From Chloropicon primus (Eukaryota): a stretch of DNA of 64,000 bases. Position numbers and translations under genes: made by a program. Positions 41,403-52,037 of this stretch are shown in pieces (the stretch's first letter is position 1; each line of letters begins with the position of its first letter). The stretch spans positions 1,364,001 through 1,428,000 of the forward strand of contig CP060757.1 in assembly GCA_023205875.1 (NCBI GenBank), given 5' to 3'. The notes beneath the pieces are model-generated. The model did not search any database. It saw nothing but the letters and a program-made list of their open reading frames with translations, and had not been told where the DNA came from.

Positions 41403-42938
41403 TTAAGTGGTGTTGGGGGAGGAAACACCCAGTCCCACCGGATCGTTGCACTGCGCGCACACCCAGTCAATCTGCTCCCAAGGCATGTCCTCCGCGATAT
41501 CTGGCTCGCGCGACGTCGCACTGTAGTATTCCTCGAGGGACTGGTAGCCCTTGTCGAGTATGGACTTGGTGAAAAATTCCTTTCTGTCTCGCATGGCCTT
41601 GCAGATTTTCAGGCACCAGCCCTTGTACCCACTCGTCCCGGACTCAAACCCAAAAATTTCGTGCAGCAGGGAATCCTTGTCCTCTCCAGCGCGGTAGATC
41701 GCGCCCAGCTCCTTCATTTGCTCGCCCTCCCTGAGGCACCGGGCGAGGTCCGCCCTGGTGCTTCCTCGGCCACCCTCGCTGCAGGGCGGGCTCACGGCTT
41801 TTGCGTAATCAAGGCAGCGCCACTTGAAGCCGGACGAGACGCAAACGTCCGCAAAATTGTCGATCCAAGGGGGCGCAAGCGAATTGATGGAGACTCCCCA
41901 AGAGTAACCGTCGTTGCTGACCCCGTGGGGCGCACCGCCGGGCAAAAATATCCAGTCGCCGGCCTGAACGGTTCCTTCGTACACCGTGGCCTCCCCGAGC
42001 TCCGGGAAGACGTCGAGATCCGGGTTCCATATCTCGAGCTCCCTCCTGACAGTCTGTCCGGTCTCCCGGTCCACCACCTCCCTGCTCCACCGCGACTGCT
42101 GCTTGTCCAGGAAGAGCTTGCTCAAGCCCCTGCTGGCTTTGATGTCGTGGAACGTAATCACGCGGAAGGTCTTGGAACCCTTGTAGACGCTCATCCAGAA
42201 CGGGACCAGAAGGCTGTCGACGTGCAGCTCCGTTTTGGTCCCGGGCGGCCCGATGTACTGCTCTGGCTGCCCCTGCTGGACGCCGTTCGGGTCCCTGGGC
42301 ATGCTCCCAAAGGTCACGAACCGGGGAATCGGCGTGGAGAGCTCCAGCTTGGGGCAGAACTCCGGGATTCCAACTTGGCCTGAGGCGTAAACCAAGTCCC
42401 CCTGCTGCTGCTGGGTTTCGTTCGCGCTCATGATGTACTTCTCCAGGTAGTCCCCCATTCTCATGGTCTTCACGTTCGTGAGCCCCGCCCACCTGGAGGC
42501 GGTCGGGGAGTACACGGAGGTCTGCACGAGGGCGTCGCCACACATCGCGCTGAATTCCCCCCACGTCATGCCGTAGGCCGGGTGGTGCCGCACCTCGCCT
42601 TCAACGATGATCGGAGTCTTCGAGTTCCTCCCCCAAAACTCCCTGACGGACACCTCCCCCCTCCTCAACCTCTCCATCGGAACGATCTTCAGCTCGCGTC
42701 GCCTCGCGGCGTACTTGAAACCCGCACTCCTCGCGCCTCCTCTCAGCCGTTCTGCGAACGTTTCAAAGGCCCTCTTGTGCGTTACGCCCCCTTCCCCTTC
42801 CTGAGGCAGGTTTCCTCTTCCGCTTCTGCTGCCCAGAACGAGGAGCACAAGAAGGATTCCCACCGCACCCACCACCGCCCACCACCGCCCACCCTTCTCC
42901 CTCCTCCTCCCTCCCCTCGTCGCCCTCGTCGTCGCCAT
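41403..42938 (-). CDS. JmjC/cupin 2-oxoglutarate-Fe(II) oxygenase with N-terminal membrane anchor
   Basis: YIGPPGTKTELHVDS (HxD), YKGSKTF, GDWIFLPGGAPHGVSN (distal His). TM segment WWAVVGAVGILLVLLVLG. ATG at 42938. Confidence 0.8.
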   Translation of the reverse strand: MATTRATRGGRRREKGGRWWAVVGAVGILLVLLVLGSRSGRGNLPQEGEGGVTHKRAFETFAERLRGGARSAGFKYAARRRELKIVPMERLRRGEVSVREFWGRNSKTPIIVEGEVRHHPAYGMTWGEFSAMCGDALVQTSVYSPTASRWAGLTNVKTMRMGDYLEKYIMSANETQQQQGDLVYASGQVGIPEFCPKLELSTPIPRFVTFGSMPRDPNGVQQGQPEQYIGPPGTKTELHVDSLLVPFWMSVYKGSKTFRVITFHDIKASRGLSKLFLDKQQSRWSREVVDRETGQTVRRELEIWNPDLDVFPELGEATVYEGTVQAGDWIFLPGGAPHGVSNDGYSWGVSINSLAPPWIDNFADVCVSSGFKWRCLDYAKAVSPPCSEGGRGSTRADLARCLREGEQMKELGAIYRAGEDKDSLLHEIFGFESGTSGYKGWCLKICKAMRDRKEFFTKSILDKGYQSLEEYYSATSREPDIAEDMPWEQIDWVCAQCNDPVGLGVSSPNTT

Positions 42939-43028
42939 CACGTCGTCGCCAAACACTGTGGTCTCTGGCTCTTGGTGGTGGCGGGAAACCCGCTTTCCCG
43001 CGAACAAAAGGTCAGGGGGGAACGAGTG

Positions 43029-44047
43029 ATGAGGGTCCGCGTTCGAGGGAGGAAGGGGAGGGGGAGGGTGGAGGTGGAGGAGGCGGAAACGATTGGGGAG
43101 GTCAAGAACAAGGTCAGGGAAGTCTTGCCGGAAGTTGGGAATCGTTTTGAACTGAGCTTGAACAAGAGAGACATCTTGCATGAGGAGCTGTCGGTGACGC
43201 AGGCGGGGCTTGCGAGGGGGGACCTGCTGCACATTCTGGGCGAGGAGAGCGACGGCGGGGAGTGGCCGGGGACCCGGGCTAGCCCCATGGACGACGACGA
43301 CGACGGGAGCGTCTGGGGGATCTTGGCGAGGGAGCTGCGAGGCTTCGGGTTCGAGAGAGTGGGGCCAGTGGCCCACAATGAGGCGTGGAGCGACAGCGAC
43401 AGCTTCGAGGCGAGGAGGGAGAGGTTCAGGATGACCGTCCCCGGGGCAGCCGGTCGGAGCGAGGAGGTCCTGGTTGCCTCGCGGACCATCGGGGACTTCC
43501 GGGTGCTTCACTCGCGGGCGGGCTCGAGTGATTGCGTTTACAGCGCACCGTTCAAGCGTCCCGTCGAAAAGTCGAGGCTCCTCGATCGCGTGGTGCTCCC
43601 GCTCGTGAGAGACGCGAGGTCGAGCCTTGGCCTCGAGCCCCCAGCCCTCCTGGACACGGTGTCGAACGACCTCTTGTTTGTGATCCTGGTCTCCCTCGGC
43701 AGGTGCACCGGCGCCGAGCTCGCGAGTCTGGCCTGCACGAGCAAGAAGTTCTGCGCGTTTGTCCAGCAGCCCGAGACCCAGCAGATCCTTCGTGGGGCGA
43801 AGGCGAGGGCACAGAGCGCGAGGGAGCGGGCCAACCGCCAAAGGTAAGCAGTTCGTGTGCCGGTGCATCCGCGCGGGGGTGTCGCGTGTGCGCTGCTGAC
43901 GCTGCTCACCTCGCATTCTTCGTTCCCTTCCCTCCCCTTTCCTTTCCCCTCGCTGGCAGGAGGCTCATGGACTCCCCTCCGCGGTGGCAGCCCCACGACG
44001 ACTTTGGGTTCCCCGGGAGGCAGGCCTTCCTCGGAAGGCGAGTGTGA
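43029..44047 (+). CDS. Ubiquitin-like + F-box protein (FBXO7/SKIP22-like), 2 exons
   Basis: N-terminal Ubl MRVRVRG...LSLNKRD...GLARGDLLHI. F-box LGLEPPALLDTVSNDLLFVILVSL...LACTSK. Intron 43844..43959. Confidence 0.7.
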
Positions 44048-44204
44048 GTGGCGCGCCGGCGTCTCCATCAGCTCCATTCCCTCCCCTTTTCCCCTAAAAC
44101 CTCATTCAAAAATCACGAGGCGAGATCGAGATCGAGATCATAACGCTTGGGGCGAGCGAGGACGACGGGACGACGCGGCGCGCGCAAAGGGTTTTGGTTT
44201 TGGT

Positions 44205-45139
44205 ATGAGGAGGAGGGAGAGGGGAGAAGGGGAGGGGGGGGAGGAAAGCTTCCCCGCGCACCGGAGGACGAGGTCTGACGCGACCACGACCTCGGGAGGA
44301 CGGAGAGACGGCGAAGAGAACACCCCAAGCCAGGCGAACTTCTCGGACGTGTGGAACAACATCAACAAGGTAACGGCCTCTCCCTCTTTTGTTCTCTCTC
44401 TCTCGAAAGAGGAGCGCGTTTTCGAAAAGAAAACGCCCCTCGCTGACGCCCAACGACTCTGACGCCCCTTGCACCCCTCTCTCTCCTGCGCGGCGACAAC
44501 AACAACGACGACGATAACGGACGGGAAAGAATGGAAACGGGAGCGGGGGAAAGCTTCCCTCGCGGGGACCCGTGCACAGGCACCAGCACTCGAGGACGGT
44601 GAGAACGACGCCCCGCCGCACAACCTGCCTCGCTCCCCCGCGCTGACACGCACTTCCTCTTCCTCTCCCCCCCCCCGCGCCCGCAGTTCTCGAACATGTC
44701 GGAAACGTTCTACGAGTCCTTCATGTACGCCAACAGCTTGAACCGCAAGAAGTTCTTCTGGGTCTGCTACTTTGCGTCCCTGGTGGGGACCTGGCTCCTG
44801 CTTTGCACCTTCACCGACCCGGGGATGGCCCTGACCTGGTTGAACATTCTGCACGCCGTCACCACCTTCCCGGTGTTCCACATGTTCAAGATCCAAAAGT
44901 TTGACAAGCAGAACATCTACGACATGGACCAGTCGTACGGCGACATGGAGCCCCAGACGTACTGGGTGCAGATCGACTACGGGAAGATGTGGACGAAAAC
45001 GAGGAAGGCCCTGCTCATCATCCCGGTGGTCCTGTACCTGGTGGCGACCAACTCGGTGGACTTCACCAGGCAGCCCCTCCTGATCAACTTGCTTGCCATG
45101 CTCTTGGTCGTGGTACCCAAGCTCAAGGTGAGCGAATGA
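44205..45139 (+). CDS. ORM: ORM/ORMDL family regulator of serine palmitoyltransferase, 2 exons
   Basis: Intron 44370..44686. LNILHAVTTFPVFH, TYWVQIDYGKMWTKTRKALLIIPVVLYL and N.L...VVVPKL match the ORMDL consensus (T.WEQ.D.G.Q.T..RKFL..VP..L). Confidence 0.85.
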
Positions 45140-45257
45140 GCCAGCGTGCGAGGCGTCGGCGTCCTCTCACAGGAGAACAAAGAAAACATGTGGGTTCCTG
45201 TAATTTTCTTGTTACAGTCGAGCGAGGCGCGGTCTCTACTTTATATCTAATGTTCCT

Positions 45258-46819
45258 TTACGACATTTTAATCGCGCAGACCTTGTCCAAAATGTCCTCC
45301 ACGACCTTGTCCGGCGTGGACGCGCCGGAGGTGACCCCGATCCTAACCTTCCTGTCCAGTGGCAGCCAGTTCTCCGACTTCTGCATCTGTTGGTGAGCGT
45401 CCATCCACTCGGTCTCGTTGCCGGGCCCAATCCTGTCGGCCGTGTCGAGCCAGAAGGACGGAATGTTGTACTCCTCCGCAATCTCCTGCAGGTGCATGGT
45501 GTTGCTCGAGTTGTACCCTCCGACCACGAGGATCATGTCGACGCCCTCGTCGGTCCCTTGGTGGGAGACCATGTTGTACATGGCGTCCTGCCTGGTCTGC
45601 GTGGCGTCGCAGATGGTGTCCATGACGACAAAGTGGCTGTCGAGGTCGGCCGGGCCGTGCTTCTCCATCATGGTCTTCTGGAACAGCTTGCCGATCGCCT
45701 CAGTCTCTCCCTTGAGCATGGTCGTCTGGTTCGCGATCCCAACCTTGTCCAGCATGGTGTCCGGGTCAAAGCCCTCCGAGATGGCGTTCTTGAACTTCTC
45801 CAGGAAGTCCTCCTTGCTCAGTCCCTTCCCCAGGATCATGTCGGCCACGATCTCGGCCTCCGCCATGTTCTTCACGATCACGTAGTCCCCCGCGAAGGAA
45901 GCGGTGGCGATGGTCTCCTCGTGGGCCCACTTGCCGTGAATGATGCTCGTGTGCTTCCTCCTCGTGTGAGTCTCAACCGAGTTCCACACCTTGGAGACGT
46001 AGGGGCACGTGGTGTCGACGATCTGGACCTTCCTGTCGTGCAAGATCTTCATCTCGTGCACCGAGGCCCCGAACGCCGGAAGGATGGCCACGTCGCCCTC
46101 GTTCACCTCGCTGAAGTCCTTGCCACCGTTGTCGGCGCCCCGGTCCTCGATGAACTTCACGTCCATCTCCTGGAGGCGCTTGTTCACGGAGGGGTTGTGG
46201 ATGATCTCGTTCGTGATGTGCAGCTGCCTGAAAGCCGGAGAGGAGTTCAGGGAAAGCAGAACCCAGCACGGACACACAAATAAATTGTCCGGAGTTGTTG
46301 TTGGGAAAAAAACGAAACGTCTTGTTGTGTGAGGTCCACGGACGAGAGAGCTCGCTGGGCGTAAAAGGAGAAAATGGTTGAATTCGACGGTACTCACCTC
46401 CCAGGATACGCCCTCCTCGCCTCGTAGGCCATCTGGACGGCCCTCTCGACGCCCCAACAGAAGCCGTAAGACTCGGCGAGCTTGAACGAGAGCTTGTCCG
46501 ATATCTCGGCCTCGAACTTCTGTTCCCGCATCATGGCCACGAGCCCTGTCGTGGAGTACCCGACCCCGTGATCCTCCATCTTTTTCTTGCTCTCCTCATC
46601 GTGCGTGGGCTTCCTGACGTACCTCCCCGTCTTGTTCAAGGAACGCCTGAATGCCCTGGCGTCGAACTTGCCCTCCTCCTCCTTCGTGGTGGTCGTGGCG
46701 TTCTTCCTCTCCCCCACAACGTCGCTCTGCGCTCTCCCCCTCACCCTCCCCCTGTTGTTAGCCTTGTTGTCGCTATTCAGCAACACCCTTGTCCTCGTCC
46801 TCGTCCTCACCCCCTGCAT
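45258..46819 (-). CDS. ispH: 4-hydroxy-3-methylbut-2-enyl diphosphate reductase (MEP pathway), plastid-targeted, 2 exons
   Basis: YGFCWGVERAV, TNEIIHNP, VDTTCP, HEET, NQTTM, DTICDATQ, GGYNSSNT, TSGASTPD. Intron 46228..46397. Confidence 0.96.
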
Positions 46820-47005
46820 CTTCTCCTCTCCTCTCTCCCTCTCCCTCCGTCGCCAAGATCCGCGCGCTCTCCACCGCTCGTCAGTCGCGCGAGGAGAGCG
46901 CCCTCTGTCGGGGGTCGAACATCAACACGACACGACACGACACGACACGACGAGAGGAAGGGGAGAGGAAGGGGAAGAGGAGAGGGAGGAGGGCGGCCTC
47001 TGACG

Positions 47006-47082
47006 CATTCATTGCGTCATTCATTCATTCATTCGTTCGTTCATTCATTCGTTCGTTCGTTCGTTCGTTGGTTGGTTGGTTC
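47006..47082 (+). repeat. Compound tetranucleotide microsatellite (CATT)n-(CGTT)n-(GGTT)n
   Basis: cattcattcattcattcgttcgttcattcattcgttcgttcgttcgttcgttggttggttggtt in the divergent promoter upstream of ispH. Confidence 0.85.
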
Positions 47083-47175
47083 ATGGTTTAGGAAGGGATT
47101 TTGTCGGGGGGAGGGCTTGGACGAGTTTTGTTTTGATTGGGAGCGGGAGCGGGAGCGGGGTGAGGGGGTTGCGGG

Positions 47176-47688
47176 ATGGCCTCAACTGGCGGGTTTGAGA
47201 TCAAGTCGGGAGGGAAGAGGGAGGGGGGCGCAGGGACGAGTCGGATCGCGTTTCGGAGGCAGGTGCCCGAGGCCATCGACTTCGACGACGTAGAGGAGAA
47301 GATTATCGGGACGGTGACCAGGAGGAAGAAGGACTTCGTAACGGGCCAGGACAAGCCAGTCTCCGGCGCAATGGCGAAGCAGCTGCCCCAGAAGAAGGGC
47401 GGCCGAGGCAGTGGCGCAGCCTCAGCCTCGGCGTCGTCCTTCGGGACTCAGCCGGGGTCCCTGTCCCCCCTGCAGGGGGTGGACCTCGGGAAGGGCGAGA
47501 GGCACCAGTCCCTCGAACGGTACAAGCACTACGGGGCGATCTACGGCGAGCACGGGGAGAACCCTGTGCGCTGGCTCCGAAGGAACCTCGGCAAGGCCAA
47601 CGCCGCCGCGGCTTCCTTCGTCCAGACCCTCCACCACATGGTCCAGGGGAAGGGCAGGGGCACCCGTGCTGCCGCTCCCAAGCGCTAA
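47176..47688 (+). CDS. Hypothetical 170-aa basic protein
   Basis: ATG-initiated ORF with GC3-rich codon usage; no family recognised. Confidence 0.55.
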   Translation: MASTGGFEIKSGGKREGGAGTSRIAFRRQVPEAIDFDDVEEKIIGTVTRRKKDFVTGQDKPVSGAMAKQLPQKKGGRGSGAASASASSFGTQPGSLSPLQGVDLGKGERHQSLERYKHYGAIYGEHGENPVRWLRRNLGKANAAAASFVQTLHHMVQGKGRGTRAAAPKR

Positions 47689-47791
47689 GGTTGAGACCGC
47701 CTCGCCAGCGAAGTCGTCCCCCTTCACAACACCACAACGATTCACTCAAACACAACCCAATAACAACAATGAAACCGAAGTCATCCCATCA

Positions 47792-48149
47792 TTACATGAC
47801 CACCACCAACGAGGAGGATCGTCTCCTCCAGGCAGAGAGTGCGTGAGTGCGTGCGTGTGTCAAAGATCGTCTCCGAACTTGCGTTGCTGACCCCCCCCGT
47901 CCCTCTCCCCTTCCCTTCCCGTCTCCCTCGGCCCAAGTCATCATGGTCCCCCTGGCCACGCGTCATGCTCGGCCTGATTCGCCTTACATGACCACCACCA
48001 ACGAGGAGGATCGTCTCCTCCAGGCAGAGAGTGCGTGAGTGCGTGCGTGTGTCAAAGATCGTCTCCGAACTTGCGTTGCTGACCCCCCCCCGTCCCTCTC
48101 CCCTTCCCTTCCCGTCTCCCTCGGCCCAAGTCATCATGGTCCTCCTGGC
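47792..48149 (+). repeat. Tandem direct duplication of ~165 bp (period 192-193 bp)
   Basis: 47792..47956 versus 47984..48149 are near-identical (ttacatgaccaccaccaacgagg...caagtcatcatggtcc.cctggc). Confidence 0.95.
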
Positions 48150-48512
48150 ATCATGGTCCAAGTCACGACGCCTCCTGATCTGATTCGATTCGATTCCGCT
48201 CCCCTCGTAACGCCTGCCGATTCTTCGTGTAGATTTTCCCCCGTTTTTGAGAAGAACGAGGCAGAGAGCGGAGGAGAGCAGTGACCTCGAGCCGAGTCGA
48301 GACCACGAGGCACGAGACACGACCCCGGGTGAGGACGGTGACGAGGAGGAGGACCACACCACACACGACAGAGAGCGACGGCGAAGAGCGACGGCGAACG
48401 AAGCGAACCAGGGTAACGTTGGGACGGCGACCGCGCAGGAGGGCGGCGAGTTTGTGTTGTGTGGTGCTGGCGTTTGTGGGCGTTTGAGGAGTGTTTAGTG
48501 GAGTCGAGGGAG

Positions 48513-50279
48513 ATGGCGCCGCCGAACGCGATGACCACGACGGTCACCAGGACGGTTGCGAATGGGAAGGGGAAGAGGCTGGAGCCCGCGGGGGACTGGC
48601 ACGGGATCCGGCGGGACCAGATGGCGAGGGCCAAGGGCGGCCACGGGATGGTGGGGCAGAACCGCAAGCACCACGGCGGCGGCGTCGTGGCGAAGGATGT
48701 GGCCAGGAAGCCCAAGAAGACGAACCAGGACGAGTTCGCGGAGGTGCTTCACCCCTTCAGGCAGTCCGTCATTTACTTTGGGTTCGTCGTGCTGATGTTC
48801 ATCGGGCACATTCGGGACTTCCTCGACGGCGTGATGGCCCGGCTCGGCCTGGATGCCTCGGCCTCGGAGAGGAGGTCCGCCTCCAACCCGGACTGCCCGC
48901 CGCTGGTGGCCAACTCGCAGGACTTTTACACCCGTCGCCTGTACATGAGGATCGTGGACATCTTCAACAGGCCCATTAGCTCCGCGCCAGGGTCGTGGAT
49001 CGACGTGATGGAGCGCGCCCGCGAGGGGGATCCCTGCAGGAACCACCCCAAGCCCACCGGAAGGACGAAGAGGTGCCTGAACCTCGGCTCGTACAACTAC
49101 CTCGGCTTCGCCGCCAAGGACGAGTACTGCACCCCGCGTGTGATCCAGACCCTCGCGGAGTACGGCTGCAGCACCTGCAGCAGCAGCAGCGACGCGGGGA
49201 TGACCAGCAAGCACGTCGAGATGGAGGGGGTGGTCGCCGAGTTCCTGGGGGTGGAGAGCGCTTTTGTGTACGGCATGGGATTCGCCACGAACGCGATGAC
49301 CATTCCCGTCCTCGCGGACAAGAACACCCTCATCATCAGCGACGAGATGAACCACAAGAGCATCGTGGACGGGGTGAAGCTGAGCGGGGCGCGCGTCAAG
49401 GTCTTCAAGCACAACAACACCCAGCACTTGGAGTACATTCTGCGCAAGAGCATTGTGGAGGGCCACCCGAGGACCAAGAGGCCCTGGAGGAAGATCATCA
49501 TCATCGTCGAGGGGATCTACAGCATGGAGGGAGAGATGGTGAAGCTGAGGGAAATAGTGGCCCTGAAGAAGAAGTACAAGGCTTACTTGTACCTGGACGA
49601 GGCCCACAGCATTGGTGCCCTGGGCCGCACCGGGAGGGGAGTGTGCGAGCAGCTTGGGGTGGACCCCAGGGACGTGGACGTGATGATGGGAACCTTCACC
49701 AAGTCCTTCGGATCCTGCGGGGGCTACATCGCGGGAAAGCAGGAGATGGTGGAGTGGATCAGGTCCAGCTCCCCCGCCGCCTACTACGCGACGTCCATGT
49801 CGCCCTCGGCCGTGCAGCAGGTCATCAGCGCCTTGAAGATCATCGCCGGGGAGGACGGCACTACCAGGGGCGCCGAGAAGCTGAACAGGCTGAGCGACAA
49901 CTCCAACTACTTCAGGCAGGAGCTGAAGAAGCGGGGGTTCCACGTGCTTGGGGACCAAGACTCGCCTGTCGTGCCGATCATGTGCTACTACGCGGCGAAG
50001 ATTCCAGCCCTCAGCCGCCTTTGCTTGGAGAGGGGGCTCGCCGTCGTCCTGGTCGGCTTCCCGGCCACGGCCCTCTGCCTCAGCAGAATGAGGATCTGCA
50101 TCAGCGCCGCGCACACGCGGGAGGAGCTGAAGCTGGCCATCGACATCATCGACGAGATCGGGGACAAGTGCATGATCAAGTACTTGCGGGGGTCCAAGAA
50201 AGTGTCGGAAGAGGAAGAGTCTTACGTCGAAGAGCTCCCATGCCCGCCGGCGAGGCTGGAGAGCTCCAGGAGCATCTAG
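48513..50279 (+). CDS. LCB2: Serine palmitoyltransferase catalytic subunit (long-chain base biosynthesis 2)
   Basis: DFYTRRLYMRI.D.FNRPI, CLNLGSYNYLGF, IVEGIYSMEGE, LYLDEAHSIGA, and the PLP-lysine motif MGTFTKSFG. Confidence 0.96.
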   Translation: MAPPNAMTTTVTRTVANGKGKRLEPAGDWHGIRRDQMARAKGGHGMVGQNRKHHGGGVVAKDVARKPKKTNQDEFAEVLHPFRQSVIYFGFVVLMFIGHIRDFLDGVMARLGLDASASERRSASNPDCPPLVANSQDFYTRRLYMRIVDIFNRPISSAPGSWIDVMERAREGDPCRNHPKPTGRTKRCLNLGSYNYLGFAAKDEYCTPRVIQTLAEYGCSTCSSSSDAGMTSKHVEMEGVVAEFLGVESAFVYGMGFATNAMTIPVLADKNTLIISDEMNHKSIVDGVKLSGARVKVFKHNNTQHLEYILRKSIVEGHPRTKRPWRKIIIIVEGIYSMEGEMVKLREIVALKKKYKAYLYLDEAHSIGALGRTGRGVCEQLGVDPRDVDVMMGTFTKSFGSCGGYIAGKQEMVEWIRSSSPAAYYATSMSPSAVQQVISALKIIAGEDGTTRGAEKLNRLSDNSNYFRQELKKRGFHVLGDQDSPVVPIMCYYAAKIPALSRLCLERGLAVVLVGFPATALCLSRMRICISAAHTREELKLAIDIIDEIGDKCMIKYLRGSKKVSEEEESYVEELPCPPARLESSRSI

Positions 50280-50421
50280 GGGCGCCTTCCGCACACACAC
50301 CTGTGAGCCTAGGCCCCGTTATTCTCGTTTTCTCATGTTTTAACATCGGTTTTTGTAAAAAATATATTATTCGGTTGCTTTCTCGACCTCCAAAGGAGTT
50401 CTCCCTCCTCACCCAGCCGTT

Positions 50422-51186
50422 TCACTTTTCCTGTCCCACCTCCAGGGACTCCAGGGACTCCGGGACCAGCTCGAAGTTGTCAAGCACGAGTTGTTTGAAC
50501 TCGCTGAGGTCCTTGATTCGGAAGTGCGGCTCGTGCTCCTCGTCGGGGAGGTCCTCCCTGCGGATCTCGTCCCCGAGCAGGACGGTGATGGCCCCCGCCC
50601 TCTTTCCAGCCCTCACGTCGTCCTTGGCGCTGTCGCCAATCATGATCACCTCGGTGGGGGAGAACCCCCAAACGTTCTCGGAGATGTGCTTCAAGGCGTC
50701 CGGGTGGGGCTTGGGGCGGAACCCGCAGTCCCTGCTCACGGCAGGGGCGAACTCCGGTATGTTTGGAAGCCTGTCGTGGAAGTAGTCCAGGCTCTCCCTG
50801 GAGTTCCTCGTGAGGATGGCACGGGGAATGTTCCTCTCGTCCAGGAAGGAGCACACCGCGCTGACGTCCCTCGCCAGCTTCATCTTCTCGTGGCCCTCCC
50901 TCTCGACCTCCTTGATCGCCCGCAGCGCCGCGGCCCTCTTCTCCTCGCACTCCTCCTTGGCCACCTCGGCGAGCATGTCCCCCCGTCCGATGTCCCTCCC
51001 CAGGGCCTCCCCCGCCCTCCTTCGCATCTTCACAAAGTCCAGGCAAGGTATCGTCAATGTCCCGTCCATGTCGAAGATGACACCCCTCACCCCTCTCCTC
51101 CCTCCCCCTGTCCCCACCATCGCCAGCTTCCTCAGCTGCTGCATCAAGAACGGAGCGCGTATCTCGTGCGGCCCTCTCAGCCACAT
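50422..51186 (-). CDS. HAD-superfamily hydrolase
   Basis: GVIFDMDGTLT (motif I), AILTRN, KPHPD, MIGDSAKDD. Confidence 0.9.
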   Translation of the reverse strand: MWLRGPHEIRAPFLMQQLRKLAMVGTGGGRRGVRGVIFDMDGTLTIPCLDFVKMRRRAGEALGRDIGRGDMLAEVAKEECEEKRAAALRAIKEVEREGHEKMKLARDVSAVCSFLDERNIPRAILTRNSRESLDYFHDRLPNIPEFAPAVSRDCGFRPKPHPDALKHISENVWGFSPTEVIMIGDSAKDDVRAGKRAGAITVLLGDEIRREDLPDEEHEPHFRIKDLSEFKQLVLDNFELVPESLESLEVGQEK

Positions 51187-51251
51187 AAATTCAGTCTGCT
51201 CGCCCCTTGGGAGATCCTAACGCCAGCGCCTTGAACTCCATCACGGCAGGA

Positions 51252-51289
<38 letters not shown>

Positions 51290-51389
51290 AGGGTGGAGAG
51301 GGATCCTGTACATTCATTACAACTGCGCAAACGCACTGCACTGCACTGCACTGGTGCCACAGCACCAGGAAAGAAGGAGAGCCGCCACC

Positions 51390-52037
51390 TCAAACTTTTC
51401 CTTTCAAGAGCATCTTGAACATGTTGCCGCCGCTCACCTTGACGGTCTGCCAGAAGGTGATGGGGTCGAGCGTGGACGACAAGAGGTCGGCCATGCCGAA
51501 GGGCATCATGCTGAGGATGTTGCCCCTGGCGTACTCCAGGGCCCAGCACCCGCAGTCCGGAATCTTGTAGCCCTTGGCGACGCCCTTTGGCATGAGGTGC
51601 TGGGAGCCCGGCTCGTACACCTCCTTGGTGAGCTGCCCGGGGGAGTAAGCCCACTGCTCCCCGTGGAGGATGGTGAAGTAGTCGTCCGAGAGGAACCTCC
51701 CCGAGTGCCCCTCCGTCCCGATAGGCGAGCCGAAGATGATCACGTACTCCGAGAGGGACGCGTGCAGGACAACCATGGCTCCCATGGCCCCCCCCGCGTT
51801 GTTGAACAGCCACTCCGAGTCGTCGATGATGTAATCAGGGTACTCCTTCTTCAGCAGGCTTCGGACGGAGTCCACAATCCCCTGTGGGTCCTCGCTTCCC
51901 TTGTTCTCGCTTATGGCCTGGTTCGCTATCCTGTGCATGGCCTCCGGCGTGAACACGAACTGCGACTCGTGTCCTATTCCGAGGACGGCTGCCGCCACCA
52001 CCACCGCACACGCCACCACCACACTCCTCAGCTTCAT
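51390..52037 (-). CDS. ERG2: ERG2/sigma-1-receptor family C-8 sterol isomerase
   Basis: N-terminal TM, then WLFNNAGGAMGAMVVLHASLSEYVIIFGSPIGTEGHSGR and WALEYARG. Confidence 0.93.
   Translation of the reverse strand: MKLRSVVVACAVVVAAAVLGIGHESQFVFTPEAMHRIANQAISENKGSEDPQGIVDSVRSLLKKEYPDYIIDDSEWLFNNAGGAMGAMVVLHASLSEYVIIFGSPIGTEGHSGRFLSDDYFTILHGEQWAYSPGQLTKEVYEPGSQHLMPKGVAKGYKIPDCGCWALEYARGNILSMMPFGMADLLSSTLDPITFWQTVKVSGGNMFKMLLKGKV

Noticed and set aside
45128..45217. Possible extra 3' intron in ORM (GTGAGC...TTACAG)
   Set aside because: Plausible splice signals, but neither the spliced nor the unspliced form restores the canonical ORM tail. It cannot be decided without RNA-seq.
47792..48149. 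Direct repeat as CRISPR array or LTR element
   Set aside because: There are only two long units, no spacers, no cas or retroelement ORFs and no TG...CA LTR termini.
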